Assembly (NCBI GenBank): GCA_045605445.1
Contig: JAZUPZ010000029.1
Span: 26,265 to 90,264, forward strand
Length of the DNA: 64,000 nucleotides
Direction of reading: 5' to 3'
Origin: Clostridia bacterium
GTDB lineage: Bacteria > Bacillota > Clostridia > RGIG6154
Shown: positions 1 to 10,300 of the stretch, in pieces
Layout: every line of letters starts with the position of its first letter
Numbering within the stretch: position 1 is the first letter of the stretch
Program-made: the position numbers and the translations under genes
The notes under the pieces: model-generated
Told to the model about the DNA's origin: nothing
Database searches by the model: none
What the model saw: the letters and a program-made list of their open reading frames with translations, nothing else

Positions 1-819
1 GACAGTCTTTTCGGCTTCTACGGAACCTTTATGGGAAACGGTCACACCGTTTCAAATCTGGCGGTTACCGGAAATAATGGCGGACTTTTCAACGTAAACA
101 ACGGGGAAATATACAGCCTTAATCTTGAAAACATTTCCTTTACAGGGGACATTGCCGGAGGTATTGCCTGCACCAATACGGGGCTTATATATATGTCAAC
201 CGTAACCTACTCACTTGAACACGAAGGTAAAAACATAATGCTTGGCGGAATAGCCTCAACAAATAAGTCGGGCGGAATGATAATATCCTGCGGGGTAAAC
301 GGCTCGGTTTCCCTTGAGGGAAGCAACATCTGGTTCGGCGGACTTACCTACAACAATATGGGAGTAATAGCAGGAAGCTTTAACAATGCAGAGCTTTATA
401 TAAATAAAGGAGTAACCGTAACCGCAGGGGGAATTGCCTCCGCCAACGCGGGAACAATTTCGGATACTGTAAATTACTGCAATTTCTATATTTCGCCTCA
501 GTCGGAAAGCACCGCAGGGGGAATAACGGCAGTAAATTCAGGAGATATAGTAAACTCCATCTGTACCGCTAATCTGCTTTCTGCAAGGCATTGTGGCGGA
601 GTAACTGCCTATCACAATTCCGGAAAAATTTACAACTGTTATTTCAGAGAAGAGCTGGGCTTTGGGGCAGAAGGTAAAAATCTTGAAAATACCTATAAGC
701 TTACCAACGAACAGCTTTGTACCAAAGAAAGCTATAAAGAGCTTGATTTTGAATCAATGTGGTATATGGAAAACGGAATATATCCTATACTGTTTGAAGC
801 CATGCTCTTCGGCTTTTAA
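1..819 (+). CDS. C-terminal fragment of a GLUG-like repeat surface protein (continues upstream of window)
   Basis: The frame is open from position 1 with no upstream stop; the first ATG is at 31. It has repeated GGIA(S/C)xNxGxI units resembling the GLUG motif of IgA-protease-like surface proteins and ends at the stop at 817-819. Confidence 0.5.
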   Translation, partial: DSLFGFYGTFMGNGHTVSNLAVTGNNGGLFNVNNGEIYSLNLENISFTGDIAGGIACTNTGLIYMSTVTYSLEHEGKNIMLGGIASTNKSGGMIISCGVNGSVSLEGSNIWFGGLTYNNMGVIAGSFNNAELYINKGVTVTAGGIASANAGTISDTVNYCNFYISPQSESTAGGITAVNSGDIVNSICTANLLSARHCGGVTAYHNSGKIYNCYFREELGFGAEGKNLENTYKLTNEQLCTKESYKELDFESMWYMENGIYPILFEAMLFGF

Positions 820-846
820 AACTAAAAAAATCGTTCCTTTTGCACC

Positions 847-890
847 TTTCGCCAAGCTTATGTACACAAAGTACACTACGCTTGGCGAAA
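847..890. repeat. Inverted repeat: 11-bp stem (tttcgccaagc/gcttggcgaaa) with a 22-nt loop containing TGTACACAAAGTACAC
   Basis: The complementarity can be read directly in the sequence. The loop motif recurs at 11426-11442 downstream of the giant gene. Confidence 0.6.
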
Positions 891-1141
891 TGCACAATAT
901 GATCTGATTTTTTAAAGTTTTTTGAGAATATCTCCGGTTGAGTACACTTCGGTCGGGCAAAATCACAATCTGAATAAAAATTAGCACGTTCTATTTGGGC
1001 GTGAAAGTTAGCCGACAGTATGTTTTTTGCGTTCTGTGAAGAAAATTCACCCTTGGCGAAATGCACAATATGAACTGATTTTTTTAAAGTTTTTTGAGTA
1101 TATATCCGGTTGAGTACACTCCGGTCGGGCAAAATCACAAT
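881..1141 (+). repeat. Two ~90-bp direct repeats (881-969 and 1052-1141), ~93% identical, 171-bp period, non-coding
   Basis: The two copies were aligned by eye: cttggcgaaatgcacaatatga(t/a)ctgatttttt..ccggttgagtacact(t/c)cggtcgggcaaaatcacaat. Track ORFs across this region lack an RBS or any conservation. Confidence 0.8.
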
Positions 1142-1347
1142 ATAAATCAAAAATTCTTGTTTTTTCGGAGTATTTGGACGAAAATAAGTTTTTATAAAAA
1201 ATGCCTCTTATCGGGTGCTTTTTGGAACGCTCAGATAAGGGGCGTTTTTTGTTGACATAAATTAAGGAAAGAAGTGATTCTTTTGTATTGATTTATATTG
1301 TATTTTATGGTAAAATTTATATGTATATACTTTTTTAAAATATAAGT

Positions 1348-4300
1348 ATGAGTGGAGGAAAAATTATGGCAAAAAGATTACTGAGCGCATTACTTGCAAC
1401 TGTAATGCTTCTCACAATGTTCACTCTGCCGTCGTTTGCGGAAACCCTTTACAGCGGAACCTGCGGTGACGGTCTGACCTGGACAATTGATTCCGAAGGC
1501 GTGTTTACTCTTTCGGGAAGCGGCGCAATGCCGGACTATGCGAGGGGAACAACTCCCTGGTATAAGTACAGAGCGGAAATAACCTCTGTTGTTATTGAGC
1601 CGGGCATTACCCGTGTAGGCAATTATGCTTTTTATCTGACAAAAATACTTGACAACATAACCCTTTCCGACGATGTGACTGAAATAGGAAGCTACGCTTT
1701 TGCTACCTGCGGTTCTGTTTCAACAGCAACATTCGGAAGCGGAGTTTCGTCAATTGAAAAAGGTGCCTTTTCGGGAACTTCAATTGGGGAAATTACCTAT
1801 ATGGGCTCAGAAAAGCAGTGGTATGAAATTCAGACAGAAAGCGGAAACGACTCTGTTATAAATTCCTATGACATCAAATTTATGGATCCCGGAGTAAGAC
1901 TTGATTCTGACGGATATTACAGATTTTATATCGACGGGGAAATACAGACCAAATGGCAGGTAAGCCCCGAAGGCTATAAATATTATTTTTCAACAAGCTC
2001 TTCAAAATACGGTGCAGCATTAACAGGAAAACAACAGAAAATAAGCAGTACATATTATGATTTTACCGACGACGGAAAGCTTATTGAAAGCTACGATTCA
2101 AACGGTGATCCCGTTCTCTTCTGCGACCCTGAGCAGGGCTTTATTTACACAATTATTTATGATGCGGGTGAAGGCGTAGCCTCTGTTGCTGACAAAAGAT
2201 TCAGAGTTTCAACTCAGGCAGACCTTACCGTTACAGCAGAAAAAGAAGGATATATCTTTGCAGGATGGACCGATACCTTCAATTCAAATCAGTGCATTTC
2301 CTCTTACGAGGTAACCGGCGACGGAGTTCTCTATGCGGTTTATATCAACGGTGCAGACCTTAAGGTTGAGCTTTGCGACGACGGTTATTACAGATACTAT
2401 GTAGGCGGAGTTGCTCAGACCGGATGGCAGGTTGCGGCGGACGGATATAAATACTATTTTTCAACAAGCTCCTCAAAGTACGGCGCAGCAATGACCGGAA
2501 CAAGCGTTAAAATCGGCGGAAGCTATTATGATTTTACATCTGACGGAAAGCTTATTGAAAGCTACGATTCTTCAAACAATCCCGTTTTGTTTTACGATGA
2601 AAGTGCAGACTGCAGACCCGTTGTTACCTACGATTACAAAACAAACGGCGGTGAAGCTGCCGATGCTTCATCATTAAGAGTAACAAAGGGTGAAAAGGCA
2701 GACCTTTCTGTTGTTGCAAGAAAATCAGGTTCAGTTTTCGTTGGCTGGAATACAAACTCCGATGCGGCGGTTGCAATAACCTCTCTTACCGTAACAGAAA
2801 ATGTTACCCTTTATGCTATTTTTGCCGATTATGCAAACAACGAGGTTGTTCTCTGCGAAGACGGCTATTACAGATATTACATAGGCGGAGTTGCCCAGAC
2901 AGGCTGGCAGATGACTCCAACCGGCCATAAATATTATTTCTCAACCTCATCTTCAAAATATGGCGCGGCAATGACCGGAGCAAGTGTTAAAATCGGTGGA
3001 AGCTATTACGATTTTACAACTGAAGGTAAGCTTATTGCAAGCTATGATAATGACGGAAACCCCGTTCTTTACTATGACCCTCTTTATGATGCTTCTGTTG
3101 AAAAACATACTGTAACCTATGACTATAAGACAAACGGCGGAAGCTCAGCAGGAGAAGAAACAAAGCAGGTTATTCACGGAAATAAGGCAGACCTTACGGT
3201 AACTGCCGAAAAAGCAGACAGCACCTTCCTCGGCTGGAATACCGATAAGAATGCTGATACAGCTTTAAGCGAGCTTGTTGTTAATGAAGACGTTATTCTT
3301 TATGCAATCTTCAAAGAAAGCGGAAGCAGCAAGGTCGTTCTTGATTCTGACGGCTTTTACAGATACTATATTAACGGCGAGGCTCAGATAGGTTTCTGGG
3401 TACTTGACGGTTATAAATACTATTTCTCAGGCTCAAATGCAACAAAGGGAAATGCCTATGTAAGCCAGACTGCAACTATCGGCGGAAAGGAATATACCTT
3501 TAACAGCCGAGGCGTAGTTGTTGATTCAAACAACGTTCCCGTTGTTTACAAACCCAATGCAGAGGTTGTTTATCTTTCAGCGGTATATTCCGAAGAGGGA
3601 ACAACTCTTACCTGGACAGGCGCTGTGGAAAACGGAACTATTTCAGGCTATAAGGTTTACAGAGCTGAAGGGGAAAATGCAGGCGATGACGATTTCAGCT
3701 TAATTGCAGTTGTGAATGAAACTCTTGACGGAACTTCATACAAAGGAACATATAACTCCACTTATTCAAAATATGATTTTGAAACTCCGGTAGCTCAGGT
3801 TGAATTTGTTGACTCAACAACTCAGGCTGATAAGGTTTACATTTACAAGGTTGAAGCAATTGCAGAAGGAGATTCGGCATCTTCAAAGGTTGCAATAAGA
3901 ACAAAAACCGGAACAGAAAGATATGTTTCCTACGACGAGGCAACCGACAGATGGTATTACTACATTGCAGGAAGCATCCAGACCGGCTGGAAGGTAACTC
4001 CCGACGGCCACAAGTGCTATTTTTCAACAAGCACAACCTCAACCGGCGCTGCTCTTGAATATGACGCAAGCATCGGAAGCACGGTTTATAACTTCACCTC
4101 CTACGGTGCTCTTATAAACAGCTATGACTCAGATTCAAATGCAGTTCTTTACACAGAAGAAATTGAAATCCCCGGAGTATCGGTAAAAGAAATAAAGCTT
4201 GACTCCGACGGATACTACAGATATTATATCGACGGAATTATCCAGACCAAGTGGCAGACAGGCCCGGACGGTTACAGATATTTCTTCTCAACCTCCTCTT

Positions 4301-7300
4301 CGAAATACGGTGCTGCAATGACCGGTAAAGGTCAGAAAATCGCCAGTGATACTTACGACTTTACCTCTGAAGGTAAGCTTATTGAAAGCTACGATTCCGA
4401 CGGAAACCCGATTCTTTATTATGATGAGTCCTTCGATATGACCCCTGTTGTTACTTATGACCATAACAACGGCAGCGCTGTTCTTGAAAAGGTAAGAGTA
4501 AAGAAAGGCGAAAAAGCAGACCTTACCGTTACAGCTAAAATGGGTAACCTCATTTTCCTTGGCTGGAATACAGATAAAAATGCAACCGAAGCTCTTACAA
4601 GCTACACAGTTGATGGAGATGTAACTCTTTATGCAATTTTCACAGATACAGTTGCAGGCGGAACCTGCGGGGACAATCTTACCTGGCAGTACAAGGTTGA
4701 CAAAACTCTGTTTATAACAGGTTCAGGGGCTACATACAGCTGGAATAATGCTGAAGATGTTCCCTGGTATGCTTACAGAAACGAAATTGAAAGAGTGGTT
4801 CTTGACGAAGAAATAACAAATATCGGCAACAACACTTTGGCAGGCTTGTCAAAAATTAAAACACTTAATATCCCTGAAAAAACACTTTATATAACAACTT
4901 CTTTAATGGGATGTTCAGCTCTTGAAGAAATAACAGTATCTTCAGGTAACACAAGATATAATTCTATAGACGGCGTACTTTACGGATATGAAGATTCAAC
5001 TCTTATTCTCTATCCTCAGGCAAAAGAAGAAGCTTCTTACGACCTTCCTGCAACAGTTAAGGTAATATTCCCATATGCTTTTGCGGAAAGTAAGCTTGAA
5101 GAAATAACTCTTACTTCCATTATTGTTAAAATTGAAGAATATGCCTTCTACGGTTGCGAAAACCTCAAAAAGGTTAAATACCCATTAACTTCAGATAAAT
5201 GGGAAAAAGTTTATGTGCTTGATGGAAACGACTGTCTTACAAACGCTCTTGAATGTGCGGCAAAAATGTATACAGTAACCTACGATGCAAACGGCGGAAC
5301 ATGCGCAACATCTTCTGTTCAGGTAGCAGAAGGCAAACAGGCAGACCTTACGGTTACCGCAGAAAAAGCAGGATATGTTTTTGCAGGCTGGAACACGGAT
5401 AAAAATGCTGCAACAGGCTTTGAATCTTTCGCGGTTAATGAAGATATTACTCTTTATGCAATATATGTTGAAGCAAACGATGTGGTTCTTTGCTCTGACG
5501 GATATTACAGATACTATGTAGGAGGAGTTGCCCAGACAGGCTTTTGGATAATTAACGGCTATAAGTACTACTTCTCAACTGCAGCGGCAAAATACGGAGC
5601 GGCACTTACAGACTCAACAGTTAAAATCAAAGGCGATTCTTATACCTTTGACAGCAAAGGAAGAGTATGTGAAAACGGAGAAGCGGTTCTCTTTGCGCCG
5701 TCTGTTACGGCGGAAGCAGGGGAAATGTCAGCTTCTCAGAGCACAACCTCTCTTAAATGGTCAGTTTCAGCAACAAATGCAAAGGTAAACGGCTACAAAA
5801 TTTACAGAGACGGTGAGCTTATCGCTGAAGAAGAGTTTGCGCTCAATGCTCTCTTCATTCAGGGGGAATACAAAAACAACGGCTCAGGAGTTTATGAATA
5901 TATCTTTGAGCCGAAAACAACAGAAATAACTTATAGAGACGAACATCTCGACCAGAACACAACTTATAATTACACTCTTGCGGTAAGCTTTGAAGGCGGA
6001 GAGGTAAGCGTAGATGCTTCTGTTCTTACCGAGGCTTATGCTTCAAGATATGTAACATATGATAAGGCAACAGACGGCTGGTATTATTATATCAACGGCG
6101 TTGCTCAGTCAGGCTGGCAGGTAACTCCCGACGGTTATAAATATTATTTCTCAAAGAGCACAGGAAAAGCTCTTAAGGGTAAAAACGTAAGAATCGGCTC
6201 CGATAACTACGACCTTGCAGATTACGGCGCACTTATCGACTCTTACGACTCTGAAGGAAATCCGGTTCTTTACAGAGAAATTAACGGCTGGTATACCAGC
6301 GCCGAGGACGGAAGCATAAGATATTACGACAACAACGTTTACCGTACCGGATGGCAGTACATTGACGGATATAAATATTATTTCTCAATGTCAAAGGGTA
6401 ATCTTCTTACGGGAATGACTCAGGTAGGAAGCACAAAGTATGACCTTGGCGAAGACGGTGCCTGGGTTGGTTATTACCAGACAGAATATACCGTCGAAGA
6501 ATCACCTAAGGCAACAGATGTTGTTCTTGGCGAAGACGGCTATTACAGATATTATCCAAACGGGGAAGAGGGCGAACCTCTTACCGGCTGGAAGGTTCTT
6601 CCGGGTGAAGATGCTTATTATAAATACTATTTCTCTAAAGCTTCAACAAAATACGGTGCGGCTGTAACAGGCTATGCCGTTCAGGTTGGTATCGGGGAAT
6701 ACAACTTCTTCCCCACAGGTGCGCTTCTTAACGTAACTGTTGACGAAAACGGTCAGGCAGTAATGGAACCATACTCATTAAGCCTTGAACAGGGGGCTAA
6801 AAACGGCCTTATCCTTGATGAAGACGGAAAATACAGATATTATATCGACGGTGAATTCCAGTCAGGCTGGATTACAATCGACGGAAGCCGTTACCTTTTA
6901 AGAAGAGCAGACGGCTCAGCAGTAACCGACGTTAACTATAAATACGGAAGCTATTATTACGACTTTACAGAAGACGGAAAGCTCGTAAGAATGAAAAACG
7001 GAGCAAGCTCAATTTATAAAATAACCTTTGCTCCCGGAGAAGGAACAGGCGAAGAAATTGTTCTTAATAAGGTTGCAGAAGACTGCTTTAAGTATGTTCT
7101 TCCTGAAAATACCTTTGAAAAAGAAGGCTATGTATTCTTCGGCTGGTCAGACGGGGTTAACACTTATGCTGCCGGAACTAAAGTTCAGGTTATGAAGGAT
7201 ACTGTGTTTACCGCAGTCTGGGCAGAAGAAGAGGTTGAAATAATAGCAAACGGAACAGTTTCCGACACAATTACCTGGTCTCTTAATGCAAAGGGATTAC

Positions 7301-10300
7301 TTAAAATTGAAGGTTCGGGAGAAATGCCTGCTTACTTTATCGGAAGCTCTCCCTGGTACAGCTACAGAGAATCAATAAAATCCGTAAGCTTCTCAAATGA
7401 GCTTTTAAATATCGGTCAGTATTCAATGTACGGCTGTGCAATTGAAAGCGTTGAAATTCCCGAAGGTGTTAAGTACATCGGCGACCACGTTTTTGAAAAC
7501 TGTGACAACCTTAAAACAATATCAATTCCTGCAAGTGTAATTGATATTGAAACCTATACTTTTACCAGCACCCCGGCCCTTGAAAGCATAACAGTTGCAG
7601 AGGGCAATAAAAATTATTATTCCAAAGACGGAGTTCTCTTCTATAAATACGGCAGCAGTGTAAAAATTATTCGTTACCCTTCAGCAAAAGAAGGGGAATA
7701 TACAGTTCCCGAGGATGTAGTGTTGATTGACATAATGGCTTTTGAAAACTGCGATAAACTTACAAAGGTAACAATGACCAACGTTCAGAGCATTGACCGT
7801 TCTTCATTTGCTTCCTGCGGTGCCCTTGAAACAGTTGTTACAGGCGACAAGCTTATTACAATTGGAGATTACGCTTTCTCTGCTTGTACTTCTCTTAAGG
7901 AAATAACATTGCCAAAAACTCTTAAATCGGTAGGCAATTATGCATTTAATAACTGTAAAGCGCTTTATAAAGTAAACTATGGCGGTTCTTTTGCAACCTG
8001 GGTTAAAATCACAATCGGAACAAACAACAGTTATCTTAAAGGTGCAGGCTTTGTTTACGGCTCTAAAGACTACACAGTTACCTTCGTCGACTGGGACGGA
8101 ACTACAATTGCAACATTGACTGTTCCCGACGGTGAGGGAGCAACAGCTCCTTCTGACCCCGAAAGAGAAGGCTATACCTTCACCGGCTGGGATAAAGATT
8201 TCTCCGTTGTAACAGGGGATATAACAGTAACAGCTCAGTATGAGGCGAATGTTGTTGTTCCTGAAACCGTTGCTTCAGGTTCTTGCGGTAGCGGCATAAC
8301 CTGGGAACTTGATAGTCTGGGAACAATGACAATCAGCGGAACAGGAAGCATGAGAAATTACAGCAATGACAGCTCAACTCCCTGGTATTCATACAGCAGT
8401 CAGATTAAAAAGGTTGTAATCGGAGAGGGTGTAACAAGAATAGGCGATTATTCATTTGCTTATTGCAGAAACATAACCGAAGTAACCCTCCCTGACACCT
8501 TGAAAACATTGGGTTTATGGTCTTTGGCATATACAGGAATAACAAAGCTTGATGTGCCTGAAGGCGTTACAAAAATAAATGAACGTGCATTGCTTGGTTG
8601 CTTATCCCTTGCAGAGCTTTCGTTGCCGAAATCACTTAGTTTTATCGGGGCACTTGCTTTTAACGGTTGTACGGGGCTTGAAAAAGTAGTTTACTATGCT
8701 TCATATGCAACCTGGACAAAAGTAACCATTGAAACGGGAAATGACCATCTTACAGGTGTAAGATTTATTTATCAGTACTCCGAGTGCAAGGTAACCTTTG
8801 TTGATTTTGACGGCACTGTTCTTAAAACAGAAACGGTAGAAGAAGGTAACCGAGCAACCGCACCTGAAGCTCCTTCAAGAGACGGTTATACCTTCATTGG
8901 CTGGGACATTGAATTTTCAAATGTAACTGAAGATATAACTGTGACGGCACAGTATGAAAAAATATGTTATACAGTAACCTTTGTTGACTTTGACGGCACT
9001 GTTCTTAAAACAGAGTCGGTAGAGGTGGGCAGTGGCGCAACAGCCCCTGAAGATCCCACAAGAGATGGTTATACCTTCACAGGTTGGGATGTTGGCTTTA
9101 CAAACGTAACTTCAAACCTGACCGTAACAGCCCAGTACGAAAGTGTTGTTAAAACATATAAAGTTATCTTTATTGATGAAATCGGTAATATAATTTCTGA
9201 ACAGACAGTTGAAGAAGGAAAGTCTGCTGTTGAACCTGAAGCACCTGTAAAATCGGGATATACATTCATAGGTTGGAATAATGATTTTACAAATGTAACA
9301 AGCAATCTGTATGTTATGCCACAGTATGAAAAAATCAAGTTAAATTACACTGTGAATTTTGTTGATTATGACGCAACGGTGCTTAAAACAGAAACAGTTT
9401 TAGAGGGCAACGGAGCAACCGCACCTTCAAATCCTGAAAGAGAAGGATATATTTTCCTTGGATGGAACAGTCTTTTTGCAAAAATAGACAGAGACAGAAC
9501 AATTACTGCAATTTATGACCCGGAAGGTCTTGGAAATATTTCTCATACCGGCACTTTTGGAAATTACAGAGATTTGAATAATGCTCATTACACAAAAATC
9601 TTAATCTGGACTCTTTACGACACAGGGATTCTTACAGTTAACGGAGCAGCAACTGCATATGGTGTAATGACAACATCAAGCGGCGGTGCTCCATGGAGCG
9701 ATTATGCGTCATCTGTTAAAGAAGCAAGAGTTTCAAAGGGTATTAAAGAAATTCTTATTGGCGCATTTGCAAACTGTACCAATTTGACAAAGGTAACCTT
9801 CAGCGAAGATATTACAACAATCGGCAGAAACGTATTTTTCAACTGTCCTGCATTGACAGATATTTATTTTGAAGGCACAAGAGAACAGTGGGAAGATGTT
9901 GCAATTGACTCAACCAACGATAGTATGCTTGAAAATGTAACAGTTCATTGCTCAGATGATGTTAAAACTTATACAGTAACCTTCCTTGGCTACAACGGAC
10001 AGGTTTTAAGTGAACAGACAGTAAATGAAGGGGAAAGCGCAACAGCTCCCGAAGCTCCTTCGGTTGACCTTTATACCTTCACCGGTTGGAATGTTGATTT
10101 TTCAAAGGTTACTTCAGATTTAACCGTAACCGCTCAGTACGAACGTTCTTCATTTATGGTATATTTCATCGGATATGAAGGCATTATTGAAGCTCAGATT
10201 ATTCCAAAGGGTGGTTCTGCAACTGCACCTGATGTACCTGCGGAAATAGACGGAAATGTGTTTATCGGCTGGGACGGTGACTTTGAAAACGTTACATCAG

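Noticed and set aside
881-1141. Possible CRISPR array
   Set aside because: There are only two copies of a 90-bp unit with a 70-bp spacer. This is far from the CRISPR repeat/spacer geometry, and there are no cas genes.
662-1150. Track ORFs 662-907 (+), 754-987 (-) and 785-1150 (-) across the repeat region
   Set aside because: They overlap the 90-bp direct repeats and the inverted repeat, have no RBS, and have low-complexity translations. The region is better explained as structured non-coding DNA.
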